In this document: one piece after another, positions 1-12,492 of the stretch
How positions within the stretch are numbered: the first letter of the stretch is position 1
Layout of the letters: each line of letters starts with the position of its first letter
Assembly (NCBI RefSeq): GCF_009914755.1
Contig: NC_060925.1
Length of the DNA: 64,000 nucleotides
Origin: the human T2T-CHM13v2.0 reference genome, Homo sapiens
Strand: one strand, 5' to 3'
Made by a program: the position numbers and the translations under genes
The notes under the pieces: model-generated
Seen by the model: the letters and a program-made list of their open reading frames with translations, nothing else
The model's database searches: none
Told to the model about the DNA's origin: nothing

Positions 1-799
1 TTGAAAGGACAAAGAAGCAGCAGTGCATGATGGAAGTCAGCATAATGGGAAATAAGCTCTCCTTCCCTGGGCATCTACTTCTAACTTGCAGAAGAATAGG
101 AAGGCTAGTCTTGTGAGCCCAGCTCCCAGCAGTCCTTGCTTTAGCCCATCTGAAAAGGATCTGTCTTTAAAAGCAAGGAGCCAGAAAAAATAATTCATAC
201 TAAAAACAAACTCTGTCATGAGTCATTTGACTTTGCTTTCCCCTGAACACATAGTTTATGTCTTGGGTGAGCTAAGGCTAAAGGAACATCTGATATGTTT
301 TAGGCTAGCAGAGCCATTATTTAAGGAACTTCACATCCAATGTGCGCCCATTGGACCCTATGGTTTAAATCAAGTCTTCTGCTTATGGGGCCTGACAATT
401 TGTTATTCTTGTTGTAGTTGTATTGGAGTGTGATTGTGTACATGTTTTATCAAGATGACAAGAATCACTCTGGTTCATGATTCAAAAGTTCTCAGGCTGT
501 TGAACTAGCCTATGCAGTAGTTACTCTGAGTATGTGCGCTAGACAGGAATGTGTATATGTGCGCACATGTTCAGATGTGTGAGCACTTACAGAAAGAGAA
601 GAGAATGAGAGAAAGGCGGATTCCAGCTGAGCATCTTACCATTCCTATCAGCAGAAGAGCGACCCAGCCCTGGGGCTGGGTCAGAGGATTTCTCAATCCT
701 GGGAGAACAGCAGATAACCCCGAGCACAAAGCAAGTGTTTCTGTCTCTGTTGCCAACTTGCTTTTCTTTAGATCATTGAAAAATGACAGGAATACACTT

Positions 800-1770
800 A
801 CTCTGTAAAAGCACGAACAATGTAGGAATATATAGAGTAAAAGCAAAAGGCACAAACCTCTCCTGATCCCAAAAGTAATCACTATTATGCGTTTTGTATG
901 TCTGTCTTACATTTTTTATGTATTCACAGACATATATATACACATATATATCATATAGTAGAGATTGTATAATAGAATACTATACTGTTTAAATAGTAGA
1001 GGATGAAAAAGAGATAACTTTTTTTATCTACAAGATACTTTGGAATATATTAATACATATAAAGCTGCCCCATGTCTATTACATGCTGACAGTAATTCCA
1101 GAATCTGCATATATAAAAAACTGTTTAACCAATGTGTTGATAGACCTTTAGGTAGTTTCTAGTGTTTAGCTGTTACAGAGACACAAAGATTATTGTTGGT
1201 GTAGTTCTTTATATACAAATATGAGGACTTCTTTTAGAGAAATACAAAAAAAAAGTGGAATTTCTAGTGGAAGGATTTGTGCATTTAAAATTTTGTTAGC
1301 TGTGGCCAAAATGTCCTCCAAAAAAGCTGTCCCAATTCGTATTCCTGCCAATGATGTCCCTGTGCCTTTGCCAATGCTGGATATTGTCAGTTGTTTAATA
1401 TTTTTTGCCAATTTTCGGGCAGAAAATGACTGCTCATTGTTCTTTTCCTTTGCCTTTCCCCATTACTAGTAAGAATGAACATTCTCTTTATACCCATCAA
1501 GTACTTTTCTGTTAATGGCCTATTAATATCTTTTCTTCATTTTCCTATAGGGTTGTTTGTCCTTTCCTCATTGATTTAGAGGAGTTCTTTATCTGCTCTA
1601 CATACCAATTCTTTATCTATCATTACATACTGAAGACATTCTTATAGTATGTCCCTTCTTATCTACCTTTGCTTACAATATCTGGTACCGGAGTTTTAAA
1701 ACTTCATAAACTTTTATCTGTGAATCTCTTTATGACATCAGAATTTCTTGGAAATGTTCCCTTTAAACTA
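800..1770 (-). mobile_element. Old L1M (L1ME-like) 3' fragment
   Basis: Degenerate antisense L1M 3'-region motifs (e.g. gtggaatttctagtggaagg, gagttctttatctgctctacataccaattcttt). Boundaries approximate. Confidence 0.55.
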
Positions 1771-2079
1771 TTTCTTTACTTGAAGCTGTGTTTTTCAGAC
1801 TGATAATGTTTTAGACTTTTATGTGCCCAAGAGTAAACTTTTATGTGCCCAAGTGTTTTAGACTTTTATGTGCGCAGTAAGGACTGAGGAGGTGAGTGTT
1901 TTACCAAGGGCAAAGCTGAGATCAGAACATACCAGGCTGGCAGGTCCCTGTGTTTGTTAAAGACATTCTTAGTAATTTTATCATTAATTATGGGGAAATT
2001 CTAAAACTCCATTGGGATCAGCCACAGGCAAATGAGATGCTGCAAGAAGCTAGATACTGAGCATGCAGCCTGAAGTCAT

Positions 2080-3790
2080 CTGAGCGTTGGATCATAACCA
2101 GCTTCCTCTACTTACCACTTGACTTTGAGACATAACTTTGCTTCTCTGAGCCTTAGTTTATTTCTCTGTAGAATGGAGCTAATCACAACTTCAAATGACT
2201 ATTGTGAGGTTTCACATTTCCCATGTTTCAGCACATGGTATCTGCTCAATACATGTTTGCTTTTGCCTTTTCTGGTTAAAGACCTTTTTCCCCCTGGACC
2301 TTTGAATGCAACTGGTCATCTAAAACTATTGACTTCCATCTCTTCTGAGGATTTTTGTAGCCAAATGGTGGAGGCATATCTAGCTTGAGAGTCTGAGGCA
2401 ATTTCCTGATGATACATCTCAGTGGGCCTAAAGGAAACGAAACACCTACACCATTGCTCAATGCTGGAAAATTCTCCACAGTGGCCGACCCCTTTAGGAG
2501 GAGGGAAGCCAGGGCTCTGGGGAACAGCTCCTGTCTACGTGGGTGGAGAGTTCTTTCTTCAAGCATTGTGGATCGTAAACTCACTGAGCCTCCTGCCTGT
2601 ACAGGAATAAATTTCCCCTGCCTTTGAGATCATCTCCTCTTCTCCTCACCTCAACCTGGCATCCTTCTCTTCTTAAGGCAACACAGCACTAGAGGCTGAC
2701 TGCCCAGCCTCTTGAGCCAGACTTCCTGGAATTAAAACCCAGCTCTGCCACTCTTTACTTGTGAGGCCTGGAGCAAGTTTCTTAATTACTCTCTGCCTCT
2801 GTTTCCCTGGCTGTAAGATGAGAGTGCTAATGTTATCTACCTCACAGAGTTGTTACATGGGTCACTATTTATAAAGTACTTGGCACATAGTACAGTACTC
2901 AGGGAGCTACTAATAAATCATATATGGTATCTGAATTTGGGCTTCTCATTTCACAGCCAATTGACTTTGGATAATATGCTTACTCCAAGCTCAGCTCTCT
3001 AATTTGTAAAATGAGTATGAAAATATCTACTTCATGGAATTGCTGGGCAAGTCAAATGGGATAATGTGTGTAATGATTGTAGGTACTCAAGAGGTGGTAG
3101 CTACTGTGGTGATGAGTATCAAAAAAGACAGGAATGAATATACAGAGACTATCCTAATTCTCAAAAGCCAAGAGACTGGTAGAATGTGGCCTCCACACTC
3201 TTAGCCCTGTGACCTTAGACCTAACCTCTTCAACATTCAGTTTCCTGATCTGTAGAATTAGATTGACAATGGTGCCTACCTCTAGGTTCATGATGAAGAA
3301 GGAGTAATAATAAATTGGGTTCATAGAAAGTGCTTAATAAAATTAATTATTATTGTTACCTGTATCTCCTGTCCATTTAAGGGAAGATTCCTATTTGTAG
3401 TCAGGGGTCCCTGGGCAGAAGTGATGACAGCACAGGCAGAGGGCTGCACCCCCTGCCCTCTCCAACTCTGGGGATATAGCACAAGGTAAGAAAGAGAAGC
3501 AAATCTAAGGAAGGGAAATTGAGATCAAAGCCTGGTTTCTATGGATCAGGCCAAAATGATTGAGGGAGAGAGAGAAACACAACTCAGGATGTCCATCAGG
3601 ATTTATCTGCAGCAGTGTGTCTCATTTTAACTCTTAAAACAGTTTTGTTGGATAGGTACTATTATTTCCAGTTTTGCCTAGCGAAACTGCGAGCTGGAGA
3701 GGTTAAGTGACTCGCCTAAGGTCAGATAGCTAAAAAGTAGAAAAACTGGGATTTGAGCCCAAGTCTGTCCAACTCTAAATCCCTAATGAT
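2080..3790. mobile_element. Cluster of MIR SINE fragments (~2080-2260, 2690-2910, 2960-3100, 3200-3340, 3620-3790)
   Basis: Repeated degenerate MIR cores (ctctgagccttagtttatttctctgtagaatgg; agaggttaagtgactcgcctaaggtc...gggatttgagcccaagtctg). Confidence 0.7.
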
Positions 3791-5200
3791 ATGCTTTTAA
3801 TACATGCCTTGCCTCTGCTGGGAATGACTCAGAGGCCAAGCTGTAGGAGGAGGGGGAGAGAGGGATGACTGTGTTTCTCAGGGTGAACAGAGTAGGCAGC
3901 CACAGGGGCAGTAGGCCCGGAGCTAACAGGCCTTCATGTAAAAATTTGGAAATTTTGCCTGAAAGACAAGAGAGTGTTTTCAGCTGAGGCCGTTTTCAAC
4001 TGTACCCTGTGTACTAGGCTGAGGGTAAACCAAAACACAGCCATAAATAGTTCTCCACAGAATTCTCGTCACAACAGCCCACTGTATTCCTTCTGTTTGG
4101 AGATGAATGTTGAAACACCATGCATGAAAATGGCTGAGTCTGTTGCTGTTCATGAAGTCTAGTCACAGCCCATTCAAATGAAGCCCCCTTGGATGTGAAT
4201 AGAGATACGAGAATCAGCAGATGATCAGCCATCATGGACTCTTGACAAATGGCTTTGCCCAAAGAATCGGCATCCTTGGACTTCATACAAAGCAGGCCTT
4301 CCCAAAGCCTCTGTTTTGAAGGGACCCAGTCTGTTTGAATAGGTGTTTACCCACTTGCTACAGAATATGTTTGTATACCTGTTCTTTAATTTAAAAAAGT
4401 ATCAAAGCTAGAAGGGACTTTAACAAGTCATCTAGTCCAATGCATTTAAAAGAAGGGGACATTTGGTTCCAGAGTAGGAGGTAACTGTCCTAAGGTTATA
4501 TAGAGAGAATCTGAGATGAAATCCAGGGCCTCCTGTTTCTTAGTCTAAAACATGTCTGACTCTGCCCTTGTGAATGCAGCCAATACAGGGACAAAAAGTC
4601 TTTGGGCTTCTCTAAAGGGAGGGACTGCAATGTGTTAGAAATGGGAAGGAGGTTATGTTTGCCCTTGGTGCTTTCTACCTTTCCCATCTATTCTTTTCCT
4701 CCCATTTCATTTTTTTTTTCCTCATCTGTCAGAACTAACCAGTCTAATGTGCTCAATTTTCATTCCCTAAGAATCAGACTCCCAGATTTCCAGAGTTACT
4801 GCTGTTTACCTATTTCAGAGCTTTTCCCTACTTCAACTGGGCTGCCTTTTGAACAATGAAAGGGACCCTAGACCAGGGGAATACCAGGCTCGGCCCCTAT
4901 TAAGTGGGTCTCCTTGGTTAAGACATTGCCTACCCAAGTGTCAATTCTCAATCTCTAAGGTGCAGGTGAGAAAGAGGAAAGGGACAAATAGTAATTGATC
5001 ACCTGATACATGCTGAACTCTAATTATATAACCAGACTTAATCTTTAAAGGAGGTTATGTGAGGTGGGTAGATATTATTATCTTCATTTGCAAATGAGGA
5101 ACTAGATTTCTAGAAAGGTAATTCACGTTCTCAAAGCCATGGAATCAGAAAGGGAGAGAGTTGGGACCTGTACCTAGATTTGTCTGAAAAATCCAAAGTA

Positions 5201-5435
5201 CAGGTTGAGCAGCGCTAATTTGAAAATCTAAATCCAACATGCTCCAAAATCTGAAACTTTTTGAGCACTGATATGACACCCAAATGTCATGCTCAAAGGA
5301 AATGCTCATTGGAGCATTTCCAGTTTTGGATTTTGGATTAGGGATGCTCAACCAGTAATTATTTAATACAAACATTCAAAAATCCAAAATTAAAAATACT
5401 TCTGATTCCTAGAATTTTGGATAAGGGCTCAACCT
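5201..5435. mobile_element. Tigger4a/MER46A non-autonomous TcMar element
   Basis: Begins TA|CAGGTTGAGC and ends CTCAACCT. Contains the internal palindromic gctccaaaatctgaaac...ttggagcatttc pattern. Confidence 0.8.
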
Positions 5436-5553
5436 TTTAAACTAAACCTGTTTAAGCTGTTTCAAGTTTGCCAAGTAAGAGAAAGTGAGATGAATATATG
5501 TGTTCATACACACACATACACACACACGCGCACGCGCATACACGTCCTCACTC

Positions 5554-5915
5554 TGTATTAGTCCATTTTCACACTGCTATAAAGATACTACCTGAGACTG
5601 GGTAGTTTATAAACAAAACAAGTTTAATTGACTCACAGTTCCACATGGCTGGGGAGGCCGCAGGAAACTTACAATCATGGTGGAAGGTAAAGGGGAAGCA
5701 GGCACATTCTTCACAAGACAGCAGGAAAGAGAGTGAGTGCAGAGGAAACTGCCACTTTTAAGCCATCAGCTGGCATGAGAATTCTCTCACTATCACAAGA
5801 ACAGCATGAGGAAACCACCCCCATAATCCAATCACTTCCTACCAGGTCCCTCCCTCAATACGTGGGGATTACAATTTGAGATGAGATTTAGGTGGAGACA
5901 CAGAATGAAACTATA

Positions 5916-5918
<3 letters not shown>
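5554..5918 (-). mobile_element. MaLR solo LTR (THE1D/MSTA-like)
   Basis: Termini tgtattagtccattttc...ctatatca; typical acaatcatggtggaagg and gatgagatttaggtggagacacag motifs. Confidence 0.85.

Positions 5919-5957
<39 letters not shown>
5917..5957. repeat. (CA)n microsatellite (~20 units)
   Basis: Read directly. Confidence 0.95.
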
Positions 5958-5959
<2 letters not shown>

Positions 5960-6653
5960 GAAGAGTGCTTTCCAAACTATGAAATGCCGCCCACAGGTGG
6001 ACAATTAGCCACCCAGTCCAGGCCAAGAATGAAGTGGCTGTCAGCATGCCACAGCCATCACACAAGGAATCTACTTGCAAGTGAGAGGAGCGGAGGAAAC
6101 ATTTAGAGGCAAGCACCTATCAGTTAGGTCAGTAGTTCTCAAATGTCACTGGAGGGCCACTGCAGGCAGGGCTGGCTACAATTTGTATATCCCCCAATTT
6201 GTGGGACCCAGTGCAAAATGAAAATGTAGGTCCCTGACCAGGGACAGGAAAGTCACTCCTTCCAACAGGCCTTCTGTCTCAACCTATGGCTGACAGGTGA
6301 CTTCCAAGGCTTTCCAAATTCTACATGGAACCCCTCTGTGTGTTGTCAGCCTGACACTCCATGGCAGTGGTAGCCAGCTGGGGTCACTGCCTTGACCCAC
6401 CCTGAGACACAGGGGGCCCAATGTCTGGCCTGACTCTTTCCACACCTATGCTCATCTTTATGAGGAGAAGAGCAAGAGCAAAACATGCCCCCACCCCTAG
6501 CCATGTAACCCTGCCACCAACTCACAGATGTGTGGTCAGCAGTGGGATGGGGCAGCAGAAGACAGGGAGTGGATGGCCAAGAACTGGCCCTGGAGACTAG
6601 CCCCATTGTTCCATCAATTTTTCACCTATAAAACACAGATTCAAAGATAAAAT

Positions 6654-7915
6654 AGGATTCCTTATTTAATAAATGGTGTTGGGAAAACTGGCTAGCCGTA
6701 TGCAGAAAACTGAAACTGGACCCCTTCCTTACATCTTATACAAAAATTAACTCAAGATGGATTAAAGATTTAAATGTAAGACTTAAAACCAGAAAAACCC
6801 TAGAAGAAAACCTAGGCAATACCATTCAGGACATAGGCATGGGCAAAGACTTCATGACTAAAACACTGAAAGCAATGGCAACAAAAGCCAAAATTGACAA
6901 ATGGGATCTAATTAAACTAAAGAGCTTCTGCACAGCAAAAGAAACTATCATCAGAGTGAACAGGCAACCTACAGAAGGGGAGAAAATTTTTGCAATCTAT
7001 CCATCTGAAAAATGGCTAATATCCAGAATTTACAAAGAACTTAAACAAATTTACAAGAAAAAAGCAACCCCATCAAAAAGTGGGCAAAGAATATGAACAG
7101 ACACTTTTCAAAAGAAGACATTTATGTGGCCTACAAACATATGAAAAAAAGTTCATCATCACTGCTCATTAGAGAAATGCAAATCAAAACCACAGAGATA
7201 CCGTCTCAACACCAGTTGGAATGGTGATCACTAAAGTCAGGAAACAACAGATGCTGGAGAGGATATGGAGAAATAGGAACACTTTTACACTGTTTTTGGG
7301 AATATAAATTAGTTCAACCTTTGTGGAAGACAGTGTGGCGATTCCTCAAGGATCTAGAACTAGAAATACCATTTGACCCAGCAATCCCATTACTAGATAT
7401 ATACCCAAATGATTATAAATCATTCTACTACAAAGACAAATGCACATGTATTTTTATTGCAGTACTATTGACAATAGCAAAGACTTGGAGCCAACCCAAA
7501 TGCCCATCAATGTTAGACTGGATAAAGAAAATGTGGCACATATACACAATGGAATACTATGCAGCCATAAAAAAGAATGAGTTCATGTCCTTCGCAGAGA
7601 CATGGATGAAACTGAAAACCATCATTCTCAGCAAACTAACACAGGAACAGAAAACCAAACACCACATGTTCTCACTCATAAGTGGTAGTTGAACAATGAG
7701 AACATATGGGCACAGGGAGGGGAACATCACAGACTGGGGCCTGTCAAGCAGTCGGGGGAAGGGGAGGGATAGCATTAGGAGAAATACCTAATGTAGACAA
7801 CGGGTCGGTGGGTACAGCAAACCACCATGACACATATATACCTATGTAACAAACCTGGATGTTCTTCACATGTATCCCAGAACTTAAAGTATAATTTAAA
7901 AAACAACAACAAAGA
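6654..7915 (+). mobile_element. 5'-truncated L1PA (L1PA7/8-like): ORF2 C-terminus, 3' UTR and A-tail
   Basis: ORF fragments MGKDFMTKT...[18 protein letters not shown] and PFDPAIPLL...KMWHIYTMEYYAAIKK are L1 ORF2p. Frameshifted, so non-coding. Confidence 0.95.
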
Positions 7916-7995
7916 AAGAATTGAAAGAAATTGACTGCAAACAATTAATGCCCAGCTTGGGCTCTTTCTGGATAGAGCTCTGTGCATTGCACGGG

Positions 7996-9873
7996 TGTAT
8001 TAGTACATTTTCATGCTGCTAATAAAGACATACCCGAGATTGGGCAATTTACAAAAGAAAGAGGTTCCATGTGGCTGGAGAGGCCTCACAATCATGGCAC
8101 AAGGCAAGGAGGAGCAAGTCACATCTTACATGAATGACGGCAAGCAAAGATAGAGCTTGTGCAGAGAAACTCCCATTTTTAAAACCATCAGATCTTGCGA
8201 GACCCATTCACTATCATGAGAAGAGCACAGGAAAGACCCACCCCCATGAATCAATCATCTCCCTCCAGGTCCCTCCCACAGCATGGGGGAATTCAAGATG
8301 AGATTTGGATGCGGACACAGCCAAACCATATCATTCCACCCTGGCCCCTCCCAAATCTCATGTCCTCACATTTCAAAACTACTCATGCCTTCCCAACAAT
8401 CCCCCAAAGTCTGAACTCATTTCAGCATTAACTCAAAAGTCCCCAGTCCAAAGTCTCATCTGAGACAAGGCAAGTCCCTTCTGCCTATGAGCATGTAAAA
8501 TCAAAAGCAAGTTAGTTACTTCCTAGATACAATGGGGATACAGGCATTGGGTAAATACAGCCATTCCAAATGGGAGAAATTGGCCAAAACAAAGGGTCTA
8601 CAGGCCCCATGCAAGTCCAAAATCCAGCAAGGCAGTCAAATCTTAAAGCTACAAAATGATCTCCTTTGACTGTGTCTCACATCCAGGTCACACTCATGCA
8701 AGATGTAGGTTCCCATCATCTTGGGCAGCTCTGCCCCTGTGGTTTTGCACGGTACGACCTCTCTCCCAGCTGCCCTCACAAGCTGGCATTGAGTGTTTGC
8801 AGCTTTTCCAGGCGTGCAGTGCAAGCCATCAGTGGATCTACCATTCTGGAATCTGGAGGTCGGTGGCCCTCTTCTCTCAGCTCCACTAGGCGGTACCCCA
8901 GTAGAGACTCTGTGTTAAGGCTCTGACACCACATTTCCCTTTGCACTGCCCTAGCAGAGGTTCTCCAAGAGGACCTCACCCCTATAGCAAACTTCTGCCT
9001 GGGCATCCAGGTTTTTCCATACATCTTCTGAAATCTAGGCAGAGGTTCCCAAACCTCAATTCTTGACTTCTGTGCACTGGCAGGTTCAGCACTACATGGA
9101 AGCTGCCAAGGCTTGAGGCTTGCACCCTCTGAAGCCACAGGCCAAGCTATAGGGACGCAGGGCACCAAGTCCTAGGCTGCACACATCATGGGGATCCTGG
9201 GCCCGGCCCACAACATCACTTTTTCCTCTTAGGCCTCCAGGCTTGTGATGGGAGGGGCTGCCATGAAGACCTGTGACATGCCCTAGAGACATTTTCCTCA
9301 TTGTCTTGGGGATTAATATTTGGCTCCTCGTTACTTATGCAAATTTCTGCAGCCGGCTTGAATTTCTCCTCAGAAAATGGGATTTTCTTTTCTATTGCAT
9401 TGTCAGGCTGCAAATTTTGCAAACTTTCATGCTCTGTTTTCCTTTTGAAACTGAATGCCTTTAGTAGCACCCAAGTCGCCTCTTGAATGCTTTGCTGCTT
9501 AGGAATTTCTTATGCCAGATACCCTAAATCATCTCTCTCAAGTTCAAGGTTTTACAAATCTCTAGGGCAGGGGCAAAATGCCACCATTCTCTTTGCTAAA
9601 ACATAACAAGAGTCACCTTTGCTCCCATTCCCACAAGTTCTTCATCTCCGTCTGATACCACCTCAGCCTAGACTTTATTGTTCATATCACTATCAGCATT
9701 TTTGTCAAAGCCATTCAACAAGTCTCTAGGAAGTTCGAAACTTTCCCACATCTTCCTGTCTTCTTCTGAGTCTTCCAAACCGTTCTACCCTCTGCCTGTT
9801 ACCCAGTTCCAAAGCCGCTTCCACATTTTTGGGTATCTTTTCAGCAACACCCCACTCTACTGGCACCAATTTA
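7996..9873 (-). mobile_element. THE1 (THE1A/B-type) MaLR: 3' LTR 7996-8333 plus internal region 8334-9873; 5' LTR absent
   Basis: LTR tgtattagt...ccaaaccatatca; MaLR-int ORF remnants (QPDNAIEKKIPFSEEKFKPAAEICIS); apparent TSD acggg/atggg. Confidence 0.92.
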
Positions 9874-11160
9874 ATGGGTGACACACTCGTGCAGCTGGTC
9901 CCCACTGCAGGTCCTTCACAAAGCTTCACTAGTCCATGAGAAATGAAACAATAAGGACAGGGTATTGAGATTTTAACAAAATTAAATGTAGACTATTTAA
10001 ATGATTCTCCTTTATTCTGATATCATGATAACCACTTTTTTGGTATTAAAATCTCCTTTTGGTTATGAAATAATGGTGAGAGTAAATATGGAGCAGTTGC
10101 TTTGTTTAAAGTCCTTATATAATCAAATAAAAAGCTGACAATTATGTTGTAGATCTCCAAAAAGTTTGAATATTTTATTGGTCCAAAGTTTGAGAACTCC
10201 TACTCTAAGACTTTCAAGAAGATGGCCCTTCCCACATGTGGGGCTGGAACCTCTTCCCCTTTCACTATCATCAGAAAGGCTTCCGCCCTGGATACAATTA
10301 GTATTTGTTGCATACTTCAGTATTTTCTAGGTATATCTTTGCTTTTTGGAAGTCTAAAACATCTGGTAGAATCTTTCAGAAGAAGCAACACAGAATAGAG
10401 GCATTAAAATCAAAATTTGAAGTCTGAAACTTCTGTTTCTTACCATCATTAAGAGAGAAGTGCCCAATGACAATCATTTCTCCAAACCATCAGCAGCTCC
10501 TTGGAAATGAAGTGGAAGGGTGATAATATATCCAGGACAGACCTAGCTAATGTCTTAATCTTGGCATAATTATTAATAATAACATTCCCTTTCCTTCCAA
10601 AAAGTGTCTAGGACTCAAAGGTGAGTTCATTGGGATAATAAACTATGGCCACCTTAAATGAAGGCCCCTTCAGCTCTCCTGAGCTAGAAAGTCCCAAAGA
10701 GCCTGCTCTTTCCCTGGGCAGGAAGCCATGGTGACCAGTGGAAGGATTATGTCTGTCTTACCAGAGGCCTGGGTTGGGTGCCAGCATGAAGCCTGTAGGA
10801 TCTACTTAGATCTGGGACTTCAAAGACCTAGTGGTGGGTGAATCTTTGTGGCTTCCATCATTGCTTTGTCTCTGGGAGCATCAAGTTGAAGGCCAAGCTA
10901 GTTTCTTTCCTTTGATGAGGGAAAATATGTCAACACAATGGTCCACTGAACTCTGGGAATAGACAGACATGTGGTGTCTTTGGGGGATTATAGCCTAAAT
11001 GGTTTTACTCTGGCACATGTGGAATTAAATATAAAACAAACAGCTGATTGCTGTTAAATTCACATGCATAAAAACAACCATTACTATGTCTTCTCAGCTA
11101 CAGTACCAGAGAGTCCCCCTAGAATCAAGCAGTTATTAGATGGGACTTTGGAGTGAGTGT

Positions 11161-11221
11161 AGAAAAGAAAAGGAGGAGGAGAAGGAAGAAAATGAGGAAA
11201 AGAGGAAGAGGAGAGAGAAAT
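11161..11221 (+). repeat. GA-rich polypurine low-complexity tract
   Basis: ~60 nt almost entirely A/G. Confidence 0.8.
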
Positions 11222-12275
11222 AACAAGTCAAATAGGTGGAGAGTTTTGAAAGTTACAAAGTCTGTGCCATTTAGCATGAGTTATTTTTCCTTTTTATTCC
11301 TTGTATTTGACATATGAAAAGAAATCTTTGCTGATACTGGCTTCAGATTCTCAGGTTTAAGTATGCTATCCTTGACCCAGGAAAGAGTTACATGCATCAT
11401 ACTTCCGAGGCCTTCAAAGAACAACTTGGAGCAAGCTTGAGAGTTTGCAGGGCATTTTGGTGACATTTCTGGATGCCCTTTGTTTCCCCCTTTCAAGAAA
11501 AGCCCTTTCTTTCGTTGCCTTCTCACATAACAGCTTGGGATTCTTGTCCCTCCCAGAAATGCATTTGAACTTGCTGGGTTTGTTAAGAGTCAGGGCATGA
11601 AGCATTTTTCCATGGTAGAAAAGTTCTGGCATTCCAAAGCAGAACTAATGTGGGATTTGGGAAGCTTGCCCTATTTGTGCACTTAATTAGAGCTCACCAA
11701 AAGCAGCTGATCCATTGGTACCATAAAAAACCAATGCTGAGACCAAGGAAGGCTAAGACTGTGAGTACCCTTAGAGGGTGGTGAACATGAATTCCACACC
11801 TGTTCCCTACTGACTGGAATCAGGATTCAAAGGCAAAAAGTTGTGTGCTTTCCAGCAACATTCATTGGGATCCGCAGCCCAATTTAATCAATTGATAGGT
11901 TGCCAGTGTCTAAGTCAAGTCCCGAAACACTTGGTTCCCCTTGGGTCAATGAAATTTGGTCTTGGTTCTAATACAAACTTTAAGTTGGCTAAAAATGGCT
12001 GAGAAAACTACTGGTTTTAGAGTCAGTCAAGCCTGTGCTCTAAGTCTGACTCTGCCACTATGAGATGTCAGATCTTGGAGAAACTGTTCAGTTACTTCTG
12101 AGCTTTAGTTTGCTTCCCAGTAAAGGGACATACTAACACCTATTCCATGGGTCCATTATATACACAACAGCCAACATTTGTTGAGTAATTACTATGTGCA
12201 GAGCACTGTGCTAAGAGCACAGTCTATGTTAACTTTTTAATCCTCATACAGACCTAAGGAAATAGATTCTATATT

Positions 12276-12492
12276 GGAGATTGGCAAACTACTCCCCACA
12301 GGCCAAATTTTGCCTACTGACTGTTTTTGAAAATAAAGTTATATTGAGACACAATCACATCCATTCATTCACATAGACCCTATGGCTGCTACTGTGCTAC
12401 AACTGCAGAGTTAAATAATTGTGACAGCGACCAAATGGCCCATAAAACCTAAAATACTTACTATCTGGCCCTTCATAGAAAAAAGTTTGCCT
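12276..12492. mobile_element. MER58A (hAT-Charlie) inserted within a MIR
   Basis: ggcaaactac...ggccaaat...aaataaagtt...cctaaaatacttactatctggcccttcatagaaaaaagtttgcc. Confidence 0.85.

Larger units (their letters stand above)
6167..9903. mobile_element. MER45-family (hAT-Tip100) element split by L1PA and THE1
   Basis: Starts CAGGGCTGGCTAC...gggacccagtgcaaaatgaaaatg and ends ...ctgtgcattgcacggg/tgacacactcgtgcagctggtcccc. Flanked by the 8-bp TSD ACTGCAGG (6159-6166; 9904-9911). Confidence 0.8.
6130..10202. mobile_element. hAT-Charlie-type element split by nested insertions (pieces 6130-6166 and 9904-10202)
   Basis: Termini CAGTAGTTCTCAAA and TTTGAGAACTCCT resemble Charlie TIRs. Confidence 0.6.
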
